Origin: Selaginella moellendorffii
Lineage: Eukaryota; Plantae; Lycopodiophyta
Reading direction: 5' to 3'
NCBI RefSeq assembly: GCF_000143415.4
Contig: NW_003314272.1
Coordinates: 2,691,728-2,755,727 of the forward strand
Length of the DNA stretch: 64,000 nt
This document shows, piece by piece, positions 1 to 13,911 of the stretch; position 1 is the stretch's first letter, and each line of letters starts with the position of its first letter. The notes under the pieces were generated by a model, which saw only the letters and a list, made by a program, of their open reading frames with translations, was not told the DNA's origin and did not search any database. Both the position numbers and the translations under genes were made by a program.

Positions 1-108
1 GTCAGGAATAGGGAAGTGTCTCGAGAATCAGGAATGTGGTCTGCAGGTCAGGAATCTGGCGAGAGTCAGGAATGTGGCAAGAATTGGAGGATTCGGGGAT
101 TCCTGACA
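1..108 (-). mobile_element. 5' part of an LTR of the same family as the element at 62019 (truncated by window edge)
   Basis: Reverse complement of 1-108 (TGTCAGGAATCCCC...CAATTCTTGCCACATTCCTGACTCTCGCC...) is near-identical to 62019-62120. It starts with TG, and no polypurine tract precedes it, so it is a 5' or solo LTR. Confidence 0.85.
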
Positions 109-1133
109 CTAGCCCATTAGCTAAACAATTTTAATTGCCTTTCATCTTTCCAACAAGAGAGGCTAAAGTTGTTAGTAACTAAATAGAATTACTCGAGAGA
201 TGGTGCATTAGGTTTATATATAGAAGGAAAGGGCATATAAACAAGAGTGCACATACTTTTCTAATTAATTAATGGTTTTGGGATACTTGAGATTAAGTGT
301 TTGAATAGTACTATATAAGTTAAAAGGGATAATCAAATATACAAAAATCACAATATTAGAAGCTTAACTTTATAATTTAATTCTATAATTCAATGCATAC
401 ACTTCTTTAGATAATGCTTGAATGATTTATTTGATTTGGTCACTCTTAACACTTATGTGTAATATATTATTCTTCTACTTTCTTAGATACTGGTGCTAAT
501 TTGAAAAATAGCAATAATCTATTTGATTTACTTGCTTAATATATATATAAAAATTAGAATAATAAATTAATGTATTGATTATATCATAAAAAATTTAATT
601 GTTAATTTGATTTACTAGCTCCCAATATTTATGCCTAATAAAAATATTAAGATATCATCTACTTTGTTAGATAGTGTTGTCAGGAAAGCTCATTGCATAA
701 TATAACATGTTCATTTTGTTGATTGTATGACAGGGAATAAAAAATGTTTTAATGCTCTTGGGATGTATTAATTTTAGAAATTGAATTATATCTTATTTCT
801 TTGTAACTATATTTTAAGGAATTTTTGAAAATGCATCAATTTGAATCGATAATTTCTTACAGTTTTTCTAGGCATGAAAAACCCCTTTGTTGATCAACAT
901 ACCACAAACATTAGTATAACAATATAGAGAATGCACATCGAGGTGATCTACAAGTGGAGGAAACATTAAAAATCTTATCTAAGCACAATAGCCACAAGTT
1001 TACAACCAGGCTACTTGGGTTGCCACTACCTAGCAATTTGGATAGTGGAGGGAAAACTAAAATCTTTATCTAAGACATACAGAACCCAGTCTTGGGAACT
1101 GATTATCTTCAAAACGATTAGGGTTTCCGGTTT

Positions 1134-2004
1134 ATGGATAGAGAAGAGCTGCCGCGTGAGATCCTGGTGCACATCCTCCGTCGCCTTGGATTCGAGGACA
1201 GGTATGCGGCTGCGACGCTCGTATGCAAAGCCTGGCGCGATGCCGTCACAGATCCCGCCTGCTGGGATGTCGCAAGTGTGGAGGAATGCTTTGAGAGGAG
1301 GCTCGAGGTTGTGCTCTGGTCCACTGACGAATTCGAGGAGAGGATCGACGCCATGGTGAAAAATGTGGTGGATTGGAGCCGGGGAGGCCTCCGCGAGCTC
1401 CACGCCCGCCACTGCTCCAATGCGGCCCTCGTCTACGTTGCCTCGAAGTAATTGCTCTCCTATTTTCGCTGGACTTGATTGATTCGTTTCGAATTCCAGA
1501 TGTCCGCGCCTCCAATCGCTCTCGATGAGAGACAGCCCCAACCTCACCGACGTCGCAGGCGCTGCCATCGCCGCAGCGTGCCCGGAGCTCCGGGAACTGG
1601 ATCTCTCCAACACCAAGTGCATCTCGCTCGAATGCTTCAAGCCCTGCAAATCCCTGGTAAGTCTCAAGATGAATTCCCCCGATCGTCGCCGTCTTGTTCC
1701 CCTAGGATACCGCGCATTGCAGGGCGCGGCATTCGCAAGTGCGATGCCGGGGCTGGAAGTTCTGGAATTCAGGAATGGTGCTCTCTCGGATGCGGACCTC
1801 CAATCGATCTTAGACGGCTGCTCCAAGATCCGCCACTTAGATTTGCGTGGCTGCCAGGGGCTGTCCAACGCGGCGGTGGAAGCGGCGAGCTCGATCGTCC
1901 CTTGCTTCCTCAAGCCTCTCCCGCGCTTGGACGAGCCAGAATTCCCTCGCTATGGGCACTGGCAGCTCTACAGCGAGAGATTCCAGCCCGAATTCCAGTT
2001 CTAG
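1134..2004 (+). CDS. F-box/LRR protein, SKIP1-like (2 exons: 1134-1447, 1500-2004)
   Basis: N-terminal F-box (ELPREILVHILRRL...VCKAW), AMN1-type LRRs (CPELRELDLS, CSKIRHLDLRGC) and C-terminal RYGHWQLYSERF motif. A 52-nt GT-AG intron joins the two ORFs in frame. Confidence 0.85.
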
Positions 2005-2530
2005 CACAGTCTCGAATCATCGATTCCTCGCTCGGGCGAAGGATAGAGAAATTGGAAATAATTCAATCCGCTTGCCAGGAGCCCTAGCCGGTTTTACTTG
2101 GATTTTTAAAAAAAGAGCGATGGTGCGAATATTCCCTCAGATTCTATTAGGGCGGGGCTTTGGGCCAGTGGCCGAATTTCGCCGCAACGCGGTCGTACGT
2201 ACGGCAACCGATCTACAAGAGAGAGAGGGAGCCCTTGTAGGAAGGAATTCTCTCTTTGCTGTTTCTCTCCATTACTTCGTGCTCACTCCTTTTCTTCGTC
2301 TCCCTCGTTTCTCCTCTTTCCCGGCGCAAATCGGCCGCGTTTCCAATCGGCCCAGGAAGATCGGCCGCGCGCCCAATCCGCGTGCCCGATTTGTCCCCGA
2401 GAGTGGTGTTCGAGACGCGCAGCGAGAAGAGAAGAAAAAAAAATCGCGAGAGGAGGAATTGGGAGTGAGAAATCCGAGAGGGAGGAGCATGCTCTTTTGT
2501 GGTGTGGAGTTTTGCTGTGGATTTTCCTGA

Positions 2531-4735
2531 ATGGGAGAGAATGGGAAGCGGTTATCCGGTGCTAGCAGCAGAGTGGGAGGGAGCGGCGGTGGCGCTACTG
2601 CCAACGCCGCCAGCAACGCCACCACCATCACCACCACCAGCGGCGCCAGCATGTTCGAGGGCCGCCCTGTTCTCAACACTCTGGGCGGCCGATTCAAGAG
2701 CGGGTCGCCCACCCGGCCATCGCCAGTAGCGGCGGTAGCGGCGGCGGCAAAAGGCGGCAGCAATCACGAAGATCTTGGCTCCAGCCACCCCCATCCGCAT
2801 CAATCTCCCTCGCCCTCTTCGCACCACCTCCTCCATCTCCCCCCTCCCTCCTCGAAAGCGGCGGCGGCGGAGGAGAGGAGCGCCACGGCGGCGATGACGA
2901 CGATAGGAGGAGCTTCCACGGCGGCGGCGATGGCCTCGTCCCCCAGCCCGGCGGCGGCGATGGCGTCGAGCGGCGCGGCGGAGCGGAGCAACGGGGAGGC
3001 GAATGCTCTGGAATCCGGCGTTGGGCACAAGCGCAAGAGCCCCGACGAGCCCAGCGGGCTTCTCCAGTGGGGGCAGCGGCGGAGGCAGCGGAATGGGCGT
3101 GTCGTGGAAGCGACCAAGGGAGGAGGAGGAGGCGGCGCTGCCGTGGTGCCGCAGCACCACCACAGCTCCGCCAACAACACCGCCACCAATCACCACCACC
3201 ACCACCAACACCACCACGAGGAGTCGTCAAAGAAGATGGCGATCCGCGCGGATCGGAGGGTTGTGCGCGCGGAGAAGCAGCAGCAGCACGGATCCAGCGC
3301 GGTAGCGATGGCGGCGGCGCCCGCGGCCATCCCCACCGCCGCCGTCACCACCACCGCCACCACCACCGCCGCCGCCCGGCAGCCCGCGGCGCATTCCTCC
3401 AGATCGTCGTGCATGGCGCCACTCGAAGGAAACTCCATCAAGAGGTGAGTGAGTCAAGAGAGTGTGATCCACCGCGATCGATCGATCTAGAGGGAGGATC
3501 TCGCCCCCCGCCCGATCGATCGAACCGATCGGTCGGATTGACTGATTGGTGTTCTTGCTTTTCTTTCTTGGCATTTCTTCCAATTTTTCCTCTTTTTTTT
3601 GGTTTTTTTTTTCCTGCGTGTCTTGGTGTTAATAGTTCTTGCTTGGATTGGATCTTTAAGGTTTTAGCTGGATATACATCGTCTCTTTGGGTTTCAATTT
3701 TTTTGTTACCTGATTTTTTTTTTATCACTCCCACTTTCTCTCTCCTCCTCCCCCTTTGTGTGCTTGCTCTTCCTCGTTGGGTCTTGTTTGGCAAAAATTC
3801 GTGATGATAACGGCTTTTGGCGTGTTGCTTGGCAGGAACAACGGCGATGCCTGCAATGCCGCGGCGGCGGTGGCGAATGGCGGGGGCAGCAGCAGCGCCA
3901 GCGACGAGCAGCAGCAGCACCACCAGAATCACGCCCACCACCAGCAGCAATCGCCCCAAGATCAGGCCCAGCCCGCCGCCCAAATCCACCCCCACAAGCA
4001 CCACCACCAACACCAGCAGCAGCAGCAGCAGCACCATCACAACCACCACGGCGCCGCCGCCAACAACAGTAGCAGCCGGGGGGATCGGCCATCCTCGTCC
4101 CCGGCTGGGGAGTGTGGCGGCGGAAGTGGCGGCGGCGATGACGATCCGGGGCAGGCCCAAGATCAGTCGGCGGAGGCGGCGGCGGTAGCGGCGGTAGATC
4201 CAAAGGGGTGTGCTGGTGGTGCTTCCTCCGCCCAGGAGAAGGTTAACATGGAGCTGTTCGAGTGGCCCAAGTTCTTAATCTCCTTGTCCCGCAAGGAGAA
4301 GGAGGACGATTTCCTGGCGATCAAGGGATCCAAGCTGCCGCAGCGGCCCAAGCGGCGGACCAAGCATGTCGAGAAGACATTGCACGTAAGTTCTTCGTGT
4401 TCTTGGCTTGCAAAGTTTTTTTTTTATTTTTTTTTTAATGTTCTTGAGCTAACTCTTTTCGTTTCGTTGCAGTATTGTAGCCCTGGAATGTGGCTCTGTG
4501 ACTTGACGCGAGAGCGATACGAAGTGAGAGAGAAGAAATCGATGAAGAAGGTAAGCGAGCGTTTTCTTTTCTTTTCTTTTCTTGTTTGGTTTGCTCCATT
4601 CGATCGTTGATCGATGGCTTGATCGATGCGTTGATCGATGTTTTGAACGATGGCTCACGCAAGATCGTGTTTGCTGTGCGTCAGAAACCGCGGGGATTGA
4701 AAGCTATGGGGAGTGTGGACAGTGAGTCGGATTGA
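2531..4735 (+). CDS. DUF1639 family protein (4 exons, His/Gln/Ala low-complexity tracts)
   Basis: LQWGQRRRQR, WPKFLISLSRKEKEDDFLAIKGSKLPQRPKRR, PGMWLCDLTRERYEVREKK and KPRGLKAMGSVDSESD* motifs joined by GT-AG introns. Confidence 0.85.
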
Positions 4736-5626
4736 GGAGCGACGATGCCAAGGTTTTTTGGGATCGATCACGCACAGTTCCATATCCAGCGCTGGGAGAT
4801 TATAACAATCGCCATTCATCGCCATCCAGATCCACCACCATCACAAGTTCTAAAATGGAAGCTTTGGAAGAGCAAGCAGCCGCAGCATTTGTAGAGAATC
4901 AATCTTTCACACTTTTTTTTTCTACTCGAAGGCTCTCTGGCGAGCTCTCTCATATGTGTCTTTTTTTGTAGAAGAAAAACACACACATACACACACCCAT
5001 CGATCAGTTCGTCAAATCCTTGTACATGATGATGAACACCACCCACCAAGAACAAAGAGAAAAACAAATTTTTTATTGGCTTGGACCGATCGATAGATGG
5101 ATTGATGGATAGAATGTTAGTAGCCTAATGCGTCCTGCAACGCGGTGGGAGGGAGCGACAAGTTTTGGTCTCCTTTTTTCCTCCTTCCTCCTTTTTTCCT
5201 TCTTCCTTGTTCTTCCTTTGTTTGATTCGATTCGAATAAACACGCGATAAAAAGTGATTTATTGCATCCTAAGCATGACAATAATATAGGGCAGTGGTGT
5301 GTTTGCCGGAATTGCGAGGCGGAGGGAGTGGTGTGTGACAAGACGAGGGCGGCGCGGCACTGCCTCGATCGAGCGCCCCGGGATTCCCATGGATCGATCC
5401 ACGCCGAGGTGAGCGATCGATCGAGAAAGAGCTTCTTCTTCCTCTCCTTTGGTTTTGTCCTTGTTGGTTGGGGTTAGGGTTTGAATTTGTGTGATGTGTG
5501 TGCTTCGCGCAGTGCGGAGGAGGAGGCGGCTGGCGCAGCGTAGCAGCAGCAGTAGCGGCGGCGGCGGCGGCAGTGTGACGAGAAGGATCGCCACAACGGC
5601 GCGGCACGAGAGATCGGGATTTTTTT

Positions 5627-8600
5627 ATGGAAACGCGCAGCCGTAAGCGGGCCGAGGCCACTGGGAGGCGGCCACCACCTGCGCAATCGTCTTCGCGAGC
5701 TTCCAAGCGAGTGCGCGTCGGCGCCTCTAGTTCTAGTTCCGGCGCGGCAGCAGCGGCGGCGGCGGCGCCACCAGCACCAGCGCCAGTAGCAGCAGCGGCG
5801 GCGGGAGCTTCCAGCAGCCGATCCAGGCCATCGACTCGGAGGAACACTGCGTCTCAAGCGGGGACCTCTGTAAGTAACAGTGTAGCAGCAGCAGCTCAGG
5901 GTAGTGGTAGCATGGATTTGACTCCACCCGAGTCGGGGGGGTCGCGGAGGGATAGGAGGGACAAGGATAAGGCGAGCAAGCGCGAGCATGACAAGGACGA
6001 CGATCGAGGGTCGGAGAAGGTGTTGCGAGGCTCCGGCGAGAAGGATGACAAGGGGAAGGAGAAAGAGGCGTGTAGGAACAGGGATGCCAGGGACCGGGCC
6101 GCCGGAGCTTCCGTCGAGGCCGACGACGACGATGGTGGCGATGGCGTGAGCACCTTGCAGCAGAACTTGGCGTCGGCTAGCAGCGCCTTGCATGGTTTGC
6201 TCCGGAAGCTGGGCGCTGGATTGGATGAGTTTTTGCCATCGTCGACCCCGGCTCATCAGAGCAGCCGGTTGAAGCGGATTCTTTCCGGGTTGAAGGCCGA
6301 GGGGGAGGAGGGGCGGCAGTTGGAGGCGTTGTCTCAGCTGTGCGAGCTGCTCTCCATCGGCACGGAGGAGTCTTTGAGTAGCTTCTCGGTGGACTCGTTC
6401 GTGCCGGTGCTCGTCAGCCTCTTGAACCACGAGTACAATCCGGATGTGATGCTGCTGGCAGCCAGGGCGCTTACACACCTCTGTGACGTGCTCCCCTCGT
6501 CCTGCGCTGCCGTGGTTCACTACGGGGCGGTTCCTTGCTTTTGTGCACGGCTTCTCTCAATTGAGTATATCGATCTTGCGGAACAGGTAACCTTTCTATA
6601 CTTTGTGTTTTTCTCTCTCCGGTACTTACACTTTGCGATCACCAGTCTTTACAAGCTTTAGAGAAAATATCCCATGAACACCCGGCAGCGTGCCTACGAG
6701 CGGGAGCTTTGGTTGCTGTCCTCTCGTATTTGGACTTCTTCTCCACCGGGGTCCAGGTAGGACAATTTTTGCAGGTTTTAGAAATTCGCTGATGTCTGTT
6801 TTGTCAGAGGGTTGCTGTTTCCACGGCCGCTAATATATGCAGGCAGCTTCCATCTGATGGTGTGAATTTTGTTATGGAGTCCGTTCCTATACTGACCAAC
6901 TTATTACAATACCAGGATCCTAAAGTATGTCGTCGATGCTTTTCGTATTAGTACTCTACTTACCGTTGCTTTATCTAGGTGGTGGATCATGCTTCTCTGT
7001 GTCTCACACGGATTGCAGACTCGTTTGCAAATTCATCGGAGAAAATAGACGTGCTTTGCTCCCATGGGCTAATTCCGTTGGCTGCACGACTCGTCTCTGT
7101 TGGCAACCCAAACGGCGCCATGGTTCCTCAAACTTCGTTGAGTGCTTCGACATACACGGTAAATGGACATATTTTGCAAAAGTCTGATAACGCTAACGCT
7201 AATGTATCAGGGTTTGATTCGTCTCCTTTCTAGCTGTGCGAGTGGATCTGCTTCGGCGTCTGAAAGTCTGCTATTACTGAATATAAGCTCCATACTTAAA
7301 GATATTCTAACTGGAGCTGGCTTAACATCAACTACGTCCGTTGCTCCTTCTATCAGCAGGCTTCCTGAACAGGTAAATTGTCTACAACCAGAAGCTACGC
7401 GCTAACTCTGTCTTTCAGCTCTTCGAGATTGTGAACCTTGTAAACGAGCTTTTACCACCTGTTCCTGATGTCGGTGCCGCGCCATTGCCAAATGGAGTGG
7501 ACAGCACGTCGTCCTCTAAGGTGACCCAAGCATCGCCTCGGATACAGCTCCTGCAAGATCGTCCGGAACTGTTGCTGGGATTTGGAGCTGATCTTTTTCC
7601 AGTGCTGGTTCAGGTTAGTTGTGTCATGAAATTTCTTTCTTTTCGGTTTTCCGTTTTGTAACATAAAAAATTGCAGGTTTATGGGTCTAGTGTAACTTCT
7701 TCGGTGCGACACAAGTGTTTAGCTGCCATTCATAAGCTTCTTTATTTCAGTACACCAGAAATGCTACATTCTCTCTCCAAAGACACAAACATATCTAGGT
7801 GCGTGCTCTAGACAATCCGGTATTGTGTACTAACTATTTCTTTATCAGCTTTCTAGCCGGGGTTCTAGCTTCGAAGGATCCTTCCGTATTACTCACTGCT
7901 CTTCACATCACCGAGTTGCTGATGCAAAAGCTACCAGGAGTTTTTGCGAAGACCTTCGTGAAGGAGGGTGTCGTGCATGCTATTGATACCTTGATTGCAT
8001 GCGAGCAACAACTGGGAAAGACTTCGGATTCTCAGAAGACCCGTCGTGCTACGTCTGGTCGACGTCGCTCTGGGAGCACGAGTGACGTTCATCCAGATGA
8101 TCCAGGTGGTTCCAGCAGTGCTCCAGTTGGCTCGCCACCAAATGCCGATTCTCCTCTGCATACAGCACGTCTTGGACTGCTTTCAACTGCGGTCGCAAAA
8201 GCCAAGTTTTTGAGGGGGGCTCACTTTTGCAACGGAATTACAGATGGCGGGGCAACGGAAAGTCTATGCAGGCTTAAATCTCTTTGCTCCAAGCTGACTG
8301 CAGACTGTACTCCGGAAGTGAAGGGGAAAGGGAAAGGGAAAGCCAAAGCTTGTGGTTCAACGACCTCTTTATCTGAGGAACAGTTACTGGCTGCTATATC
8401 TGGAGTGTTCGGGGAACTCGAAAACGGGGAAGGCGTTTCTACATTTGAGTTTGTCAACAGTGGCATTGTGAGTGCGCTGCTGAACTATCTGTCTTGCGGT
8501 TCCGTGGATGGCAGATCGAGGCAGCAGGCTCTGAACAGGCTAAAAAACTTCCTTGCTGTGGCCCTTTCATCCGACATTAGAGAAGCGCCTTTGACGGTTT

Positions 8601-11600
8601 TGGTGCGGAAACTACAAAACGCGCTTGGCTCCTTGGAAAGATTTCCTGTTATTTTGAGCCATGGTCCTCGTGCAACTGGAAGTACTGCAAGTATTGCTGC
8701 CGGCCTCAGTGCGTTAACTCAACCGTTCAAACTGCGACTTTGCAGAGCATCCGGTGAGAAGGTTCTTCGTGACTACTCCACGAACGTGGTCCTTATTGAA
8801 CCTTTGGCTACTTTGGCTGCCATTGAAGACTTCTTATGGTCTCGAGTTAAAAGACACGACAGTTCTCCCTCGTCGACGGTTGCAGCATCTTCCGACTGTG
8901 TTTCTTCTCCACCTGCGTCAACTACTCCTACGGCCTCAACATCGACTCCATCAAGGCCTTCTACAAGATCACGTACAGCTGCCGCTGGCAGTGGCGATGC
9001 AACGCCGTCTAAAGGCAAGGGAAAGGCTAAAACTTTTGAAGCTCGAGCAACTACTGAAAGTCGGGGTCCTGAAACTCGTAATGCGGCTGCTAGAAGGAGA
9101 GCTGCTGCTGCGGCAGCTTCGGCAGCTGTTACAAAACAACGGGCACCCATTGACAGCGAGGTAAGTCTCTTTTTTCGTGTTTTCCCCTGTTGACACGATT
9201 TTATGTTCCAGGATGACGATGCAGACGCATCTCCTGTTGAAGTTGAGGACGCCGTAGCAATGGACGAGGATGATGTCTCTGAGGACGAAGAGGAAGTAAG
9301 TTTCTACAGCTTGCTAGATATATTTTTCAAATCTTGCTTATATGATTTTTTTGTGTGCAGCTTTTCGGTGAAGAGCCAGCTGAAGTTTGCGTCGGTGATC
9401 GTGTGCATGATGTGCAACTGGGAGATTCTGCGGATGCAGGGGCTGTTGCGACTAGTGCCACCACGAGCGAGACTCCATCTTCTTTCGGCACAGGTGCTGC
9501 AGGTTCAAGTACGCCGGTCTTAATAGGAACAGGGGCAAGTGGATCAAGAGCGACCGCTGCTGTTGGAAAGGGTGCTCTTTCGTTTGCTGCGGCTGCAATG
9601 GCTGGCGCAAATGCTTCAAAAAACAGCAAAGATCGCAAGTCTCTCGCAGCTGTCGCTTCCGCTAACGTGCCTCCGAAGCTGTCTTTCTATCTGGGTGGTA
9701 AACTGCTCAACAGGTCCTTGACTATTTTCCAGGCAATCCAAAGACAAACAGCCATGGACGAAGATGACGACGAACGATATGCAGCACCAGATCATCCGTT
9801 AGGCCACGGCCGCAGGTTGTGGGACGAGGTTTACACGATAACTTATCAGAGAGCTGATCCGACTGAAAAGACTTCTCCAGGAGGGGCTAGTAGCACTAAG
9901 TCTGGGGTGGCCGGTTCCAGTAGTCAGGGGTTAGACGGGTTGCAGCAAGCATCACTTTTGGACGCTATATTGCAAGGAGAACTGCCTTGTGACTTAGATA
10001 AGTCGAGCTCGACGTACAACATCCTACTGCTGCTCCGGGTGTTGGAAGGTTTGAACAGACTGGCTCCTCGCTTACGTGCTCAAGGGGTGATAGACGCCTT
10101 TGCCGAAGGCAAAGTATCAAGTCTCAGCCTCAGTGAGGCATCAACGGGAGGAGCGTCTGTTCTACAGGAAGAGTTCCTTAGCAGCAAACTAACTCCCAAG
10201 CTGGCGCGTCAGATGCAAGACGCCCTGGCCCTCTGCAGCGGCGGCTTGCCGGCGTGGTGCCACCAGCTGACTAAAGCGTGTCCGTTTCTCTTCCCGTTCG
10301 AGACGAGGAGGCAGTACTTCCATTCGACTGCGTTTGGCCTTTCTCGTGCTCTCCAGCGGTTGCAGCAGCAGCAGAGTGCAGACGGGACATCTTCTGCAAA
10401 CGAACGTGAGCTTCGAGTTGGCAGGCTACAACGTCAGAAAGTTCGCGTTTCCAGGACGCGGATTCTCGACTCGGCTGCGAAGGTTATGGAGCTTTACTCC
10501 GGTCACAAGGCTGTTTTGGAAGTGGAGTACTTCGGGGAGGTTGGCACAGGTCTGGGGCCTACGCTGGAGTTTTACACGCTGGTTAGCCGTGAACTTCAGA
10601 AGAACTCTTTGGATCTGTGGCGTACGGAATCTCGTCCGGGCTCGCCTCAGCAAGCAGACACTGAGATGCCTGACATCAACGAGGATGTGTTGGACGAACC
10701 GTCAGAGAATCAGGCGAGTGTTCAGCCAGTGGAGCAGAACATCGATTACGTGACCGCTCCGCATGGCTTGTTTCCACGGCCGTGGCACCCCGCGTCGACT
10801 GACGCCAGATACATGAAAACAGTGGAACACTTCCGATTGCTTGGGAGAGTCATGGCCAAAGCTTTACAGGATGGACGTCTGTTGGATCTTCCCTTCTCCA
10901 TCCCCTTTTACAAGCTTGTTCTTGGACAGGTACTTACTCGCTACTCTTTAGTGTCTGCTACTTAACATTGTTTTCGGATTGACAGGAACTGGACCTTTAC
11001 GATGTTAAGGCCATTGACCCAGAACTCGGGTCAACATTGGACGAGTTGCAAGGTCTGGTCCGCCGTAAGCAATATCTGGAGGGCGTTTGCCATCAGATGT
11101 CGGATGGACTGAGATTCCGTGGTTCGAGGATTGAAGACCTTTGCCTCGACTTCACGCTTCCGGGATATCCAGAGTTCCACCTGAAAGAAGGTGGAAACGA
11201 GATCATGGTATGGTGATAGATACTTTATACGCGAATGAACTAATCTGTGTGATCAGGTGACTCTGGACAACCTCGAGGAATATGTAGCATTAGTTGTGGA
11301 TGCAACGGTGAAGATGGGTATTTCCGCACAGATGGAAGCATTACGATCAGGATTTAGTCAGGTAAGCAGAGAAGTTCGCCAGGCTTCCTTATTAATGTTC
11401 TGTTCATCTGCAGGTGTTTCAGTTAAGCTCATTGCAGATCTTCACTGAGCAGGAACTCGATAATTTACTCTGTGGACGGCGAGAACTGTGGACGGTGCGT
11501 TTTTTTTTCTTTCTTTTTCTCGGTCATAGTATTGATGGGCCTGTCTTTGTTAACAGCCGGAAACTCTGGTGGATCATATCAAGTTTGATCACGGCTATAC

Positions 11601-12149
11601 TTCAGCCAGTCCACCTGTTCGTCATGTAAGAGGATTCTATATACGTCTCGGTGATTTTTAACTCATGTTCTTTTCAGCTATTGGAGATAATGGGCGAGTT
11701 CACTGCTGAAGAGCAGCGGGACTTCTTGAGATTTGCCACAGGAGCTCCACGTCTCCCACCCGGGGGTCTAGCTGCCTTGAATCCCAAGCTTACGATCGTG
11801 CGTAAGGTGAGCAAGAGATTGACACCATTTCGTTCATCCATTAACACTTCTTTTTCTTTTCCAGCATCCAACAGGTGGCAATGGATCCTCCGTGGTGTTG
11901 GGATCAACTCCGCCAGGTGCCGCGTCTGCCATGGGGACAACTCTTGCGGACGGGGACCTCCCAAGTGTGATGACATGTGCCAACTATCTCAAGCTGCCGC
12001 CTTATTCCTCCAGGGTATGTTTTCCTCGCGAAGAACACTTTCTCCTGAAGAAAAGCTCTGAAAAAAACCACTCTTTTTTGCAGGAGGTGATGCGAGAAAG
12101 GTTGATGTATGCCATCTCCGAAGGACAAGGATCGTTTGATCTCTCCTAG
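5627..12149 (+). CDS. UPL3: HECT E3 ubiquitin ligase UPL3/KAKTUS (TRIP12/Ufd4 type), multi-exon
   Basis: [11 protein letters not shown] start, ARM repeats ([31 protein letters not shown]), [31 protein letters not shown] and catalytic [17 protein letters not shown], ending EGQGSFDLS*. Confidence 0.95.
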
Positions 12150-12613
12150 AGGCACGAAGAGAGAGGAGATGGGGGTCTCTCACAGATGGAGCGCTCTCAA
12201 TAGCTTCTCTCGATCCAAAAGAGAGGTGTCAAAGGCGGGCGTTGTCGTCCCTCCCGGTCGAGCACACACGCATTCTTTTTGGTGAGCACGCTGGAACGAA
12301 GGTCAAGTTCTTACAAATCTTGCGCGGCGGTGGGAGAAGTTTTCAGTGAGTACATATAAGACCTGTAAATTCTCTCAGAATCAAGGTTTTAGTCAACAGA
12401 AGTAAACGAATTGCCCTTAAATAGTCGTCTTTTCAGTCAACGGTTTATTGATAGTGATTAAATTCTTTTTCACGTGACTGTAATGAGCTGGCCAATCCGC
12501 CGCGTGTCATACTCTTGATGGTACACGTGTCACGCGCGGAATATTTTGCCTTTGCCCTCCTCTCACCGCCATAGCCGCGGCGAGGCGAGACGACGAAGCT
12601 GGGGCAATCGACA

Positions 12614-13743
12614 ATGCTGCTCAGGACCTCCTCCACGCCGGCGCGTGGATCCTTCGATCTCGCGGAAGCAGTGGAAGGTGAGAGGGCTAGGATCGCTGGA
12701 TTCGCGTCACCGGCGGCGAGCTCTTGCTGCTCTAGCCGGGAGCTCGATCGCGCGCTCTCGGTCAGGAGGATCCAGTCGGAGAGCGATCTCTCGGCAGTGA
12801 GATCCCTGGCGCCGCCATGCATTTCGGCGAATACTGGCGATAGCGGCGGCCATGGCCGCCTCCGCAATGGCTCTCGAAGATCAATGCCGCCGCTCAAGCG
12901 CCACTCCTCGCTCCCCGCTGGCGCCGGTTCCGCGCTGGATTCCTTCTTGGACGAGTTGAAAGCGCCAGTGCCAGAAGAATCGGTGCTCCTTGGGAGCGAC
13001 TGTGAAGAAGAACGATGTAGCATCTCTGGGTGCTTTGGAGGGAATGGAGGATCGTGTTTGTCTAGCAGCACCATCAACCATTGGAGCTCACTGGAGCTTC
13101 CAGTGAAGTCTCTCCAGGATTTCAACGAGCTCCATGCAATGTCCATCGCGGGAGGATTTGGAATTGGTGGTGGTGGTGGGCTTGGAACCATCACCGGCGG
13201 TGGTGGCGGTGGTGGCAACCGCGATCGCCCATGCGGCATGGACGCTCACTACCGGCGGCTACTCGCGGAAGATCCGGGCAATTCTCTCTTGCTCAGGAAC
13301 TATGCTAGATATTTGTACGAGGTACGTATGGTTCCAAGATTTTTTCTTCTCTCTCCGCGTGATTAGCTTCTAAGCTTCTTGTTATTTCCAGAAGCGAGAT
13401 CTTCCAAGGGCCGAGGAGCTGTACGAGCGAGCCATCCTTGCGAGCCCCGACGATGCAGAGCTCCGCGCCCAGTATGCTAGACTCATCTGGGAGTTTCGGA
13501 GGGACGAGGAGCGAGCTGCGAGTTACTTCGAGCAAGCTGCCCAGGCCTCGCCAGACGACTGGTAACAAGCTCGAGCTCTGTTTTTGTTTCTCTTTTCTTA
13601 CGCTGTTCTTGTTTTTCTCTTGTTTGTTCTTCCGCAGCTCCGTGCTGGGTGCTTATGCGGCGTTTATGTGGGACGTTGACGAAGATGAAGAGCCAAAGAA
13701 CCACGCAATGCCTGTCCATTCTGCCATAGTCTCGGCAGCATAA
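12614..13743 (+). CDS. TPR-like superfamily protein (3 exons)
   Basis: MLLRTSSTP start and C-terminal TPRs (DAHYRRLLAEDPGNSLLLRNYARYLYE; AEELYERAILASPDDAELRAQYARLIW; VLGAYAAFMW). Confidence 0.85.
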
Positions 13744-13911
13744 AGTGGTGGTAGTGTTCTTTGCTATGATCGATCTAATAAATCGTAACTTCGTCTCCCA
13801 GAGAACTAGCTCAAGTCCGCTTTCTCGCAATGAAAGAGCTTTCGATCGGTGTCCCGGAGTTTTTCGGGGTTTCTGGTGGGGAAACTCGTGTCCTGGGAGC
13901 TTGATCAAGTC

